Shown piece after piece: positions 1 to 12,052 of a stretch of 33,177 bases of DNA. The first letter of the stretch is position 1, and every line of letters starts with the position of its first letter. The stretch comes from Nemertoderma westbladi (lineage: Eukaryota; Animalia; Xenacoelomorpha), in the NCBI GenBank assembly GCA_032718475.1, contig JAUCBJ010006296.1, positions 1 through 33,177 on the forward strand, in the 5' to 3' direction. A program made the position numbers and the translations under genes. The notes beneath the pieces are model-generated. The model was not told the origin of the DNA. It was given only the letters and a program-made list of their open reading frames with translations, and made no database searches.

Positions 1-355
1 TAGCTAAACTAACCTAACTATGCACTGACTAAATGACTCACTGACTAAATGATTTGCTGTACTGATAATATATATTGCACGGTTGGCTGTTGTTACATTA
101 CTCAGCCGGTGCCTTCCCCCCATTGGCTAATAACCCTGTTGTCGCCATTTGCCTCCCCTGGAGTGTTTCCCTTCACTCCTGTTACTCTTTCTCTCTCTCA
201 GGGGTGTAACCCCTGACCCTTATTGTGTGTGTGTGTGTGCTTTCTCCTTCCCACTTTGTTGGGGTGACACGAGGTTGATTGCTCACCCTCGTGTTCCCCA
301 ATATTGCTTAACGGCTCACTTTATGGGGTGGTTAGTGGAATTGAATAAGCTAACA
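1..355 (-). mobile_element. Partial LTR (copy D) of the family also at 27589-28188 and 29459-30023, inserted into the BEL pol region
   Basis: Aligns by eye to ~29700-30023 (cagccggtgcc..cattggctaata, tcaggggtgtaacccctga, ggggtgacacgaggttgat, ggaattgaata.gctaaca). Starts TGTTAGC on the minus strand at 355. No adjacent PPT, so it is a 5' or solo LTR that runs off the window. Confidence 0.85.
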
Positions 356-1238
356 GTAGGTTTGTCTGAGTCCCCAAGTATGTCAATCTCCACTGTCTTA
401 CCTCTACCGTCCGCACCTAATGAATTGACTGGCAGTAACGGTTTCAACTCTACAGTGCTAGTGTGTTCCTGTGAGCTTCTAAGCTTCCTAACCTTAGTTA
501 CACGTTTACCTGTAGGTGGTAAGTCAAGTATTTCCTTTGAGCGGAGTGTGATTGCTGTGGCCACACATTCGTCGTCCAAAGAAGTCAAATTCGGTAAGTT
601 GTTAATTCCTAATGAATGTGTACTAGTCCGTTCCAATGGGTCTTCTACTGGAGAGTCTAGTAGACAGTCTGGTGAAGCGTCCGGTGTACAGTCTGGTGAG
701 ACGTCCGGTGAGACATACCGCGGAAATTCCGGCGAAATGTCCTGTCGTCAGTCCCAAAGAAAGTCTGGCGTAGCTTCTGTCAGAAAGTCTGGTCTAAAGT
801 CTGGTCTAAAGTCTGGTCTAAAGTCTGGTGGACAGTCTGTCGAGATGTCTGGTGGAAAGTCTGGTGAGACGTCCGGTAGACAATCCATCGAGAGTTCCAT
901 AAAACATACTGGCGAATAATCCGGAGAACAATCTGTTGTCGCTTCTGGTGAATAATAGGCAAGTCATTTGGTGAACAATCCGGCGAAATGTCTGGTGAAA
1001 TCTCCCGCGGAACATCCGGTGAAAGATTCATACGAGCGTCTGGTCGAGAGTTTGGTGAGACGTCTGGCGTAATGTCAGGTCTAGCGTCCAGGTCATCAGA
1101 TTTCGTCCGTCCTTGTTTCCTCTTGACCTTGGCGTTGGCTTTCGCTTTAGATTTGACAACTGTGTTGATTTTTATCTCAGCACCCTCCGGTATGGTATTG
1201 GTTGTCGCGTCGAATAACAGTGGCCATTCGTCTGATGG
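356..1238 (-). pseudogene. Post-RNase H linker of BEL pol (stop and frameshift), with a degenerate 12-bp xSPD repeat at ~650-1080
   Basis: Reading continues past the TGA at 1239-1241 (FLQ*PSDEWP). Frames read SPDISPDCSP and PDFRPDFRPDF. Plus strand shows aagtctggtcta x3. Confidence 0.7.
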
Positions 1239-4200
1239 TCACTGTAGGAAATCGGGTCCTCTAAACCAAAAGGATTTATTGTCCGGTTTACAAAAGTCGA
1301 TCGGTAGCATCCCCCGTGACGCGATGTCAGCTGGGTTCAGCTTCCCTGGACAGTGACGCCAATCTTGTTTGAGCGACCGGTCCAATATTTCAGCCCGTCT
1401 GTTGGCTACGAAAGTCTTGAACTTAAATGTTTCATTGTTTATGTACCAAAGTACCAACGTCGCATCCGTCCAATATGTGACCTTCAAGTTAGCCTCAAGC
1501 TGGCGTTGAACTAAACTGACAATATCGGTGGATATCGTCCCGGCTTGCAGATCTCCACGAGGTACAGTCATATACTTCAACGGCATTGTTCTAGCCCTTG
1601 AAGTAACGAGAGACACTTCGTAGCTGTAGGATGTCTCTTGTCGTCTAAGGTACAAATTTACTCCCAGTCCATCCTTACTAGCGTCACTAAAGCTGTGAAG
1701 CTCTAAATCGGCAGGAAAGGTGGTCTGCAAAGGAAAATATACCCTTCGTATGGTATAGTCTTGTAGGAACATCAGTTGGGCTTCCCAGTCCCTCCATTGC
1801 TCAGCTAACTTTTCTGGGATGGGATCGTCCCATTCCAGTCCAGCTTGCCAAATGCTGCGGAGTATGATCCTAGCATGTAGGATCACTGGACTAATGAAAC
1901 ACAATCGGTCATACAATCGACTCATGGTCGATAAGCAAGTCCTCTTAGTGAGAGGTCTAGTCTGGTCATTGGACCTTACACATACCCTAAAATTGTCGGT
2001 GTTCGGGTCCCAACTAAGTCCTAATACTTTGGTCGTAGGTAGAGGTTCTAGGTCTAAGTCTAAATCTCCTCCACTGCGATCAGTCGGGTCAAATGAGTTC
2101 ACTAGTTCGGGTTCGTTGGAAGCGAACTTCGTAAGGCGGATTCCGCCCTCAGCGAGACAATCCTGGAGTTGGTGTGCTACGGTCGTAGCGCGCTCCAGAG
2201 CGTCACAACTCTTGAGGCCGTCATCCACGTAGAAATCTCGTTCCACTGTCCGAACTACTTCTGGGTCAAATTGGTCTTGTCTGTCTAATGCGGTTTGCTT
2301 TAAGGCGTACATGGTGCAGTTGGGGCTGTCCCTGGCTCCGAAAACTCTGACCTGCATTTGGTAAGTTTCTGGCGGAAGTTCTAAATTTCCGTCCGGATAC
2401 CAAAGAAACCTCAAGCTGTCCCTGTCCCGCTCCAAAGCCTTAACCTGGTGAAACATGGCCTCTACGTCACAGGTGAAAGCCACTTTGCATTGTCTAAAAC
2501 GCATTAGGACTCCCATGAGGTAATTATTCATATTCGGCCCGTCCATCAGTTCGCTGTTCATAGACATTCCTTGGTAAAGCGCTGCGCTGTCGTTGACTAC
2601 ACGCACCTTGCCAGGTTTGTCCGGGTGTCGAACAAAATGGTGTGGCAGGTAACATGTTTGATCTGTGGTTACCTCGGGATTTAACATCCTAATGGCGTAT
2701 CCCTTTTGGAGATACGTCTGAAGTTGCACATTGTATTGCATATGGGCCGTCTCATCACGCAACAATCGCTGCCTTATTGATTTCAGTCGCCTCAAAGCAA
2801 GCAGATAGTTGTTAATGAGATTAGGTTGTCCATTGCGCCACAACATGCCAACCTCGTAGTGGCCATTCGCGGTCTGGCGAATGGTATCTCTCATAATATT
2901 TAATGACCGTTTTTCCTGTTCTGACATAGTGGTCTCGTGACTACTGGGTTCTGCTGAGTCCTGTTCCAACCATTGAATGGTCCGTTCAGTAAGCAGTCGG
3001 TCAAGCGCTGCTTGCACTGCGCCATGGTCCTCATCCACGTCTTCGTCCGCTGCGGTGGCTAGTGTCAATGTGTCTGGTAGGCTCGCAAGCCTTCCGGTGT
3101 CACTAGTCGGCGTCGAATCGTCGTGTGGCGGTTTGACAACTTCTTGATCTGTCGGTAGGCTCGCAAGCCTTCCAAGATCAATGACCGGTGTCGAAGCCTG
3201 GTGGGTGGGGTCAATGACCTTCGGATTTTTCGGTAGGCTCGCAAGCCTTCCAAAACCCTCGTTCATCGAGTCATCCACAGCAACAACCCTTTGGTCTTCA
3301 GTAGTCAATACAACCTGGTTTACTGCAAGTAGTTGTAAGTCAGAGGTCCGTGTGGTCGTGTCCAGATCAGTTATGTCAGTATCGGTGGCGTCTGCGTTTG
3401 CGACGCAAGTCTGTCGTAGTGCAGTCTGTACAATTGGACCACAGGAGTGTGAAGGAGAATTATCTATCGTGTTAGTCAATAAACTACACGTACTCAAAAC
3501 GTTGTCCTCCTGGTCACTTACCTCTAGTGAACGCACTGGTGCTCTAGTATACCAACCTATGGGAGTTCTACATGCGTAGGGGTTGCCCGCTGTAATGACA
3601 GATGGGCGTGTCTCCCATACCTGATGTAAGTTAAACTGGTCTGTCCCAATTAACATCGCAATTGAGCGATAGTTAACAGGACATTCCGGTATTCCAAGGT
3701 GTCGGAAATACTTACGATCTTCCGGTGATTGCTCTGGCACAGGGCCGAGCAAGTTACTAAAGTCCTTCGTAGCTGCAAAGGTCAAATTACTTACCGGAAG
3801 TAATGAGCGCTCCTCCTTGCTGTGTTCCGCTTTGGAAAGAAGAGTGTCTAAGGTTAGTTTTACTCTTGTCACAGGAATCGCTCTCTTACCATGCATGCTG
3901 CTTACAGTATACTGAGCAGTCTTACCTTGACTCTTGTCCGTAACTACGTCGGCTACTTGTTCGTCGACATAACTGTGTGATGACGCAGAGTCTAAGATAG
4001 TGTATATACGCTTGCTCCCTCGGGTTCTGGTAATCTTTATAGGAATCACGCTAAACCCTTTCAATTGGTTCTGTGTGAGGAGTGTTACTGATGGCTGTTC
4101 CTCACCCGCATGCACGTAGAAAGTGTCGTCTTCCTCCTCGTCCTCGTCCGATGATCCTGACTGATCCATACAGTCCGTATAAAACGTTCGGATCTCGCGC

Positions 4201-4710
4201 GGCGCACGCTCCTTGTATAGTGCGTCGCATCTAGCCGCTTTATCTGGATGCTCTCGTCGAAAGCGTCTGGTCGGAGTATGACTAGTTGTGTGAAGTAATG
4301 CGTCATGGTTACGTCCACACTGAGGACATGTATCATCGCTCGGGCAATCCTTCCGGACGTGTCCTGGCTTCGTACATCTCCAGCAAGAATCTAAAGATCG
4401 GATTTGGAGTCTTCTCTCCTCGATTCCTAACTCCTTAAAAGCGCGACATCCACGAAGTTTATGTCCGCTATGGTTTCTGCTGTTCCGCTCGCAGTATAAG
4501 CATCCCACAAAGTCCGCCGGCAACTGTTGTCGTGGCTGCGTGGTGCCGATAGGCGTCAGAACTTTAGAAGTCTCAGCAGGGGTGGCGTAGGTAACGGCTT
4601 TCGCGTTCGTCGGAAATGGTTTTGTCCGAGTCGGCGCAGAAATAGCTATCCCTTCTGCCGCGATATGATGATCGGTATAATTTGATCGAGTCTCGATAAC
4701 GGCCTCCCGT
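1239..4710 (-). pseudogene. BEL/Pao gag C-terminus plus pol: zinc knuckles, aspartic protease, reverse transcriptase, RNase H
   Basis: CLYC..H...C, CWRCTKPGHVRKDC, CPQCGRNHDALLH; ILDSASSHSYV; YLPHH..KVRVV, DVEAMFHQV, FGARDSP, FYVDD; HSFSDAS, WTDA, HCPGKLNPADIASRG. Confidence 0.95.
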
Positions 4711-5089
4711 ACTAGGATCGGCATGCTGCATTGCAACTGCATTTTTAAGAATGCTGTGCCGGCTTGTCAACAAAATTGCACCGCCACAACTCCCTATCAC
4801 CCATGACATTTGCTAGATCATCCGCATCTTCAAGGCCAGTGTCCTTTAAGATGCGTCTCAAGAAAGTCATGGGCTGTCCACCATGCTTATTCACTCCATG
4901 AGGCTGCCAAAGTACAAGATTATGCACTGGCTGGTCCTCACGGCGAAAGCAATGTCCTGCAAAGCGGAGGCGATTTTGTTCTAGTGTCAAGCTTGGGGGA
5001 ACCAATGAGACACCTCCAATGTTATATAGTGTCTGGTTGGAGATGTGTGCATTGTACTTGACACAATGAACCGGCCTTCACACAATTTC
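4711..5089 (-). mobile_element. 5'-truncated RTE-clade LINE 3' fragment with 12-bp TSD
   Basis: Encodes HISNQTLY..RLRFAGHCFR..LVLWQPHG..LKDTGL..MGDRELWR (RTE ORF C-terminus). TSD acggcctcccgt at 4699-4710 and 5090-5101. Removing it restores the frame QLISREAV-IETRSNY. Confidence 0.92.
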
Positions 5090-7512
5090 ACGGCCTCCCG
5101 TGAAATCAGTTGATAGACGTCAGTGAGTTTTAATAGCCCACTGGCCTCTTCATGCTGGTACTCGATGCGTCGCCATTCTCGTCGTAGTCGATGATGAAGT
5201 CGACCGATTATCCTGATGAGAACCGTCGGTGTGTTAGCGTACTCGAGTTGTCCAATGGACCGTAAAGTCCCTATAGCGTTTTTTATTTCGTCCGCGAGTC
5301 GTAGAAGATCGATCGGTTTCGAAATGCTGCCTCCTCTATAGAGGTCTTCGATAATGGATTTAGCCATGGTGACGTTACCGCCGTAAATCGAATACAAACG
5401 GTCGTACGCCAACTCAAAGGCATCGGGAACACCAATAAAGGTTTCTGCTAATACGCTAGTACGGAATATTTCCCGTTCTGTCGACTCCGAGTCACTGGAT
5501 GAGTCGCTGTCATCCGGATAAGGTGGCTGGCGGGTTCGCGTCCGGCGTATTACCTTTTGTCTCACTCGTTGGGGTCCAGAATCTACGGTTCTCCGTCGTT
5601 CGGTAGGCTCTCAAGCCTTCCATGAAGTCATAGGTCTCGTTAAACGTTGTTCGATCCCGCGGGTACTATCCACATCCATTCTCCTCCGTTATTCGGTAGG
5701 CTCGCAAGCCTTCCACGAAGTCGTAGGTTGCGTCGAACATTGTGTCAAAGGTCGAGTAAAGTAGTCGGGTTTCGTAGTCGGTCTATAAATAACTGGGTTT
5801 GCACAGCACGTCACAGGTTTAACTACTAACGGCTTACTTACCTGTTTAATTGTCATAAACGCAGGTTCCTCTCTTTCTACAAGTAGACTACGACTTACTG
5901 TAGGTGGACTAGTTACGTTACCTGCTAAAATTGGTGATGAAGTCGCCCTAGGTTGCGGTATTTCCATCACAACAAACCTGCTACCTTGCGTCGAGCACAC
6001 AGGTGTTATTTCCTTAGGTTTCATAACAAAGACCAGTTTTATCGGAGTCGTGGGTTTGAGCATAGGAATAACTTGGGGAAAACGTTTGCAGTAATCCTCG
6101 ACGAACTCCTCTCCTCGATCTATCGCTCCCACACTTCCTTCCTCGATTCGCTTCGGAATTCCGCGATATCGAGCTTCCATGCGATCCAGGGTAGACAAGT
6201 CGTGTCCAGCTCGCGATCTTATAGATCTATCTCTCGCGTCGAGTTCAAGGTCCGCTTGCGCGTTCGCTGCCTCGCGCGATCTACGATTCAGTTCGAACTG
6301 TAGTTGCATCTCCCTTTCATGTCGATCCGCTACTTGTTGTTGTGCCGCTAACTCCGCTTCCTGTATAGCTAAACGTGATTTTATTTGTGGTGCCTCCAAC
6401 TGAGCACGAGCGTCGGATGCTGCTTTCTTCCGTGCTAACTCGGCTGCGTTTACCCCCGCAACTCGTGCTAACTCGTCAGCTGCTGCCGCCACGGCCGCTT
6501 CTCGCGCTAAGTCTTCCTCCAATCTTCGCATCTCCGAGGCTTCGAATTCGGCTTGCACCTTAGGTTGAGCAATTCTCGCCTCGTCCTCTCTATGTTGTTT
6601 CTCTCCCTCGATGGCGATCTGTGCCATCTGCTGTTGCGCTTCTTCCTCGACGACTTGTTGTCGGCGTGCAAACTCCTGTTGTTGTCGAGTAATTACAGAC
6701 GCTGTCCTACTGACGTCGCCAAAGTCGCTCCGCATGCTAACGAATGATCTATCCATTGGTGGATTTTGGTAGGCTCGCGAGCCTTCCGTAGTAAGAACTT
6801 CCATAGTCCCTCGCGGTTCGACTTCCGGTTCTTCGGTCGGTACGCCGCATCTACGAAGAAAATTGGTGAGCGTCTCTAACCTCCCGTCCAGGCAGAAGAG
6901 TTCTTCTTCCTCTTCGGGTTGTAACAACGCGTCCGAAACTGACTCACCTAGCAGTTGGTCGAACTGCTCCTGTTGAGCCAATCTTATTACTGACTTAAAC
7001 TGGATAAGGCTTTCTCTCGCACTTACCAACTTATCTATTATCTTTACCTGAGTAAAGTTGTTGCCACACAACTCTGCAAGTTCGTGTAAACCTTTAAGTT
7101 TATCTACGGAGGCATGTACCCTACTTTCGATCCTTACCTGTAAGGTGTAGAACTCGTATTTCGACATCGGGGCGGTTAATTCACGTAAAACGTGAAAACC
7201 TTCTCCGAGGTTCCGAGTAATCTGGGCCATGTGTCCTCCTATACTCATAATAACGTTCTCCTGGCTTCCAGTCGAACTTACCATGTCCGGTTCCTGCGAT
7301 CTGGTCTCCGGGATGGTAAGGAAATCTTCGATTCTGCCGTCGCCACGCGTTGCGGCTTTCGGTATTTCCGTTCGGGGTACCGGTGACGCACGCGGTGTGA
7401 CATCGGTAGAATCTAAGTTTCTCCTTATCGGTTCGTCTACTGTCGATCTGTCCGGGTCGCACGAGTCATAGTCGGTAGGGGGGTATCGAGTCGAATGTGG
7501 TGTGTCACTCAT
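5090..7512 (-). pseudogene. BEL/Pao gag N-terminal/core region with two premature stops
   Basis: ORFs 5689-7512 and 4987-5565 share a frame. Contains a coiled-coil region and a Pao-gag-like core (AYDRLYSIYG, LRSIGQLEYAN, IIGRL..RLRREW). Confidence 0.85.
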
Positions 7513-9901
7513 GTCTTATTATATACGTCAAGTACGGGTAATAAAATGTCAAAGTATCGGAATGTTGAAATGTCAAACTTACCTCGGTATATATATAGCA
7601 TATATATACCCTAACCGGTACAAATAAATCAACAAAGTCAGAATGTTGAAATGTCTAAATGTCAAAATGTCCAAATGTCAAACTTACCGTGGTATATATA
7701 TATATCATATATATACCCTAACCGGTACAAATAAAATTAACAAAGTATATAATAAAATATGTAATAATCTAGCCTACTGGCTAAATTTGTACGAATAAGT
7801 GAGATAACGGTATACATTACCAAAATGTAGATCAACAAGTACAAATAATAGGCAAAACAGCAACGTCTAACGGGAAAATAAGTACCAACAACACTACTAA
7901 TTAGACAGTGAAACCCACAAATTTTGAGTACTACTGTGCTTTTAAGTTTGAACGACACGAGTCGTAAAACTTATGCTCCTTTGATCCTCCAGTCGTGCAA
8001 ATTCCCAAATACAAACTGGACGTGGGTCGTTCTGTTTTTGGGCATTGCGGACGAATTTTGTGTCTCCCAAACTTTGCGAAAAGCGGTCTAATCCTCGAAG
8101 CGGTCCAGAAATGAGTCCTTGAGTCCTGAAAAGTCGAAGGTGAGACTTTTACTTCTACTCTACGAAAAATCTTCCTAGGTACCGATACAACTTGGTCTTT
8201 AAACCCTATGTACCTTTTCAAGTACCGAAAAGTAACACCGCACACACACGGCGTAAAACAAATTATTACCAACTAACTAACTATTTATAGCTAGCCAAAT
8301 ACGAATAAAACTACCCTAAAGGCCTACTGGCAGGGGACGTTCTACAAATTACTAACTTTACTAATTTTAAATTGTAAATATGTTCCTACCTTTACAATAG
8401 CTAATAATATATTTATATATATATCTCCTACTGAAAAGTCCAGTAGTATACCGCTTACCAGATCCTAGTAACGATGTATCTTACCGTAAGATCCAGTAAT
8501 GTATATGGGCTCGTACAGTATCTGACAACAAATCCCAGTCCAGGGTGTCTATATAAACAGATACAAATACAAGAACAACTACTGGCGAGAAACAGAGCCT
8601 AGTGTCTATTCTACATACGTGAGCGGGTCTAATGCCTATGAACTAGACAAAAGGATGCCTGTCCTCTAACTGGTGAGGCAGATGTACAGTTACAGTGACA
8701 GACCAAACTCACGGGAAAACAATCCCCACGCAGCGAATCCTAACTATCGCTGACAGACCGAAATACCGTAACTTGCCGCGGTGTGATTTATATGGTTTAT
8801 ATACGAGCCAGTGGATTAACAGACTAGCGTAACAATACTACTAACAAGCGGTAGCAGTCAAAGGGGGTAGTACCTAAAGTAACAATACTGCTGACAGGGG
8901 CAAAGCAGTCAAAGGGGTGCATGCCATCTAAAATACTTGCCGTAAACTAAATATCAGATCCTAAATTTACAAACTACAAATAGTAAATTACAGATAAATT
9001 CTGCCTAAAGTAATCTAAAGTAAACTAATAGCTGACAGGTCTCGAAGGGGAGTATACATGTTTTAGGACGTGTGTGTGTGTTTGTGTTACGAATAAAACA
9101 ATTTTGGTGTATCGCCGTTGTACTAGGTTTCGGTGATTTCTGACCAAAAACAATACCGGGCGCTAGCTACTAAAATAAGCTAGTCGCGCTCTGTAGGGCT
9201 TTATACTTACAAAATGGCGTCAAAGCTCTCTCCCTCCTATCCACAACTCAACCGGGCAATTACGGTGTTAGTAACTACACCCGTGATCGGCACAAATACC
9301 AGATTCTGGTTGTAAGATAAGAAATAGGTGTTAATTGCTACCGTACGTTAGCTGATCTGGTATACAAATTTGATTCTAGAACTTTGTTGCCGCGGTAGTT
9401 AGCTGCAAATACCTATCAGTACGTGGCAAGGCGCGGTAGGATATTAGTAACCTCCCTAGGCCAAGCAAAGTGCCGGTAGCAGAAAGCTGCTCCTTGCCTG
9501 ATCAAATATTTAGGGCTCAGACAGGGGCGGGCAAATGTATAAACTACAAAGTGAACCGGTACAGAACTGTCAGTACTGCAAATCACCAAATTATGGAACT
9601 TGTGCTGTCTGCACCTAAAGTGTACTTGCGCGTACTAACGAACAGCAATAGTTCACACCTGTAGGAGATACAGGTTAATCCGGGGATTTTGGATTTTGCT
9701 TGTTTGCTCCTGTCTAAGTCTAAATATTCGATCCTAAATTTTATGGTGCTCCAGGACGGCGTCACGCTTACCCTGATCTATAGGTCTTACTGCGGGCAAG
9801 GGCGTCAAACAAAGTCTTACCTTCCTCTGACGTGGGCGCTGTATGGCAAGGGGGCATGCTTCAAACGGGCGCACGGGCAAATCTAATGTGGGCACTTAGC
9901 A

Positions 9902-10211
9902 TGTTGTGGACATCTTTCCCTGCGTTGCTGACGGCCTAACGGTTTAGGCAGCCATCCTCCCAATGCTTGGCTGTCCCAACGGTGGACAATTGGAAATATA
10001 CATGTTCAAAATTTACAGTATATTTACAGTTTACAAAGATTTATCAAACAGATTTACTAATGAGTTTCAACAAGAAACTAACAAATGTAACTAGTGAAGT
10101 AACAAGATTAGGATTAGTGATGAGTGATAACCGAAGGCAAACCAGCCCTTTTATACTAAATCTGGGACATAGAATCCGCTAGAACCTTCCAGAGCATTCC
10201 ATGGCCTCACA
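9902..10211 (-). mobile_element. Putative 5' LTR of the BEL element (310 bp)
   Basis: Minus strand reads TGTGAGG...CACAACA with TATAAAAGGG near 10145-10155. No partner LTR in the window, and the next bases (TGCTAAG) are not a canonical TGG PBS. Confidence 0.4.
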
Positions 10212-10267
10212 TTGGAGCAATAAGATGTTCCATGCCCTATGAAAATAAATTGCCCCAAAATGCAAAT

Positions 10268-10340
10268 TTCCCAACTGGGATTCGAACTCGTAACCTATCT
10301 GTAATGTAACCAACGCCTTAACCATCTGACCACTACGCCA
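10268..10340 (-). repeat. tRNA-derived sequence (SINE head or pseudo-tRNA)
   Basis: Minus strand has GTGGTCAGATGGTTAAGGCG (A box/D arm) and GTTCGAATCC (B box). Stems do not close into a cloverleaf. Confidence 0.6.
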
Positions 10341-10794
10341 TGAGATTACCTACGGGTTTTATGTGTACCAATATAAATAGGCATATTACATTACTGTAAT
10401 TTAATCAAAATGCGTCGGATTTTAGAAAGTTTTTACGTTAAACTACAAATGCTACTTTATAGTGAAATAATCCATCATTAAGTGCTTTATAAATAGTTCC
10501 CCAAAGGTGCCGAAGTGGCACCTGACGGATTTTGATTACTCTAAGGTCCGACTAAAGTTTAAGTAAATAAAAATGCGTGATGACCCAAAGTCACTGTGGA
10601 CCCCTCTGTCTACCTGACTAACTACTATACAGTAGAATGTGTGACCAATTTTTTGACCATCATAATGGCTATTATCACGAGCTTGTTGTTCTAGAACATA
10701 AATGTTGTTGAATATCTAATACTTTTTTTAAGGTAGTTATTATTTATTTTTAAAGCGTGTTTCATTGCATTTATATAAACGACTATAATTATCA

Positions 10795-11990
10795 TAATTT
10801 ATTACCCTCGGGCCAGTTATAAACCATCGGCTTCGCCTCAGGTCTATAACATGTCCCTCGGGTAAATAACTCTTAAAATAACTAAATAACCTGGTAATAA
10901 GTGAGTTATTAACCAATTTTACCAGGTTTCCCACATTTCTAAAAGGGCTTTAGTTTGGGGGCAGAAGTATTAAAATGGGGCTTGGATATTTTGGGGGTAC
11001 AAATATAATATATTTTCAATTTTGTAATTCTTTCTGTATTATATTTTATTTCAAGACGGTTATTATTTCCTGGGGAGAAATAACTGATTTGGTGATGAAT
11101 GTCACCGACATTCATGTCCTGCATTTCCAGTCCATTTCGACAACCAAAGTACATGCATAATAAGCAATAAAGAATATTGTTAACATACGTGGGGTTCACA
11201 TCCAAATTGCCCTTTCTCCTACAGAATTTTAAAATCGTCCACATCTAAGGCCCCCCTCACACGGAGCAACTTGTTTCTGCAACTTGTTTCTGAAAGTTGT
11301 TGCTGGACCCCCTCACACACAGAAACTTGTTGCTGCAACTTGTTTCCGAAACTTGTTTCTGCAACTTGTTGCTGGACCCCCTCACACACAGAAACTGTTG
11401 CTGAAGAAAATAACAATTATTTCAAAATAAATAGCTAACATGTCCAGTCATTTATATATAATATCACATCACTCAATTTATCTGATATTAGCTAGTATTA
11501 AAATGGAATGTAATAAAAGTTTTTAAAAAAGTTGCTAGGAATATAACTTCCAGCAACTTGTTGCTGGACTCCCTCACACACAGAAACAAGTTGCAGAAAC
11601 TTGTGTCTGGAGTCCTCACACACGGAAACAAGTTTCGGAAACAAGTGAATATCCCGCTTTAATTCGCCAACGCAAATTCCATCAAGTTGCCGTAAAAGTT
11701 GAGCAACTTTTACGGCAACCTTTTTACGTGTTTACACGGAGCAACTTGATCGGCAACCTGGGTTGCTCTACAAGTTGCCGAGAAAGTTGCTCTAAAAGTT
11801 GCCCCGTGTAAACAGGCCTTAAGAACACATAAAATGTCTTAAAGTTAAAATAAAATGTCTTAAGTTTATCGGAAGTGGTCTCAATTTTTTCACCGTTCTT
11901 TTTCATATATCGTCGGAGGAAACCATTGGTCTGTTGAGCAAGGTCACTTACACATATTTTTTTCCATTTCTTGAATAAAATCAACGAGAC
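10795..11990 (-). pseudogene. Crypton-like (DUF3504 tyrosine recombinase) relic split by a MITE
   Basis: Fragments FLRRYMKKNGEKIETTS, DDFKIL*EKGQFG and NNILYCLLCMYFGCRNGLEMQDMNVGDI. Hairpin ttattaccctcggg..ggcttcgcc..ccctcgggtaaataa at ~10798-10870. Confidence 0.55.
11249..11818. mobile_element. MITE, PIF/Harbinger-like
   Basis: Imperfect TIRs ggcc....cacacggagcaactt / aagttgccccgtgtaaacaggcc with TAA/TTA flanks. Many internal gcaacttg repeats in both orientations. Confidence 0.65.
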
Positions 11991-12052
11991 TTAAAATATG
12001 CGTGCAGCAGATACTACTGTACAGATTTTATATAGTCCCTCTATCAACGGTA

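Larger units (their letters stand above)
356..10211 (-). mobile_element. BEL/Pao LTR retrotransposon, decayed; integrase and 3' LTR not in window
   Basis: Order is gag, three Cys/His knuckles, protease, RT, RNase H, with Pao-type motifs. The right boundary depends on a tentative LTR call. Confidence 0.9.

Noticed and set aside
149-1356. Plus-strand Ser/Gly-rich ORFs
   Set aside because: They are antisense shadows of BEL pol repeats, and one crosses an insertion junction.
4711-4742. Start of the 1167-aa ORF as a true pol start
   Set aside because: The first residues derive from the RTE insertion; the native frame continues from gag.
9036-9066. tRNA-Tyr-like PBS (ccttcgag on minus) with an LTR end at 9058
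   Set aside because: The match is partial, lacks TGG and has no definable LTR start. Kept only as an alternative to 9902-10211.
10268-10340. Functional tRNA gene
   Set aside because: Acceptor and anticodon stems do not pair.
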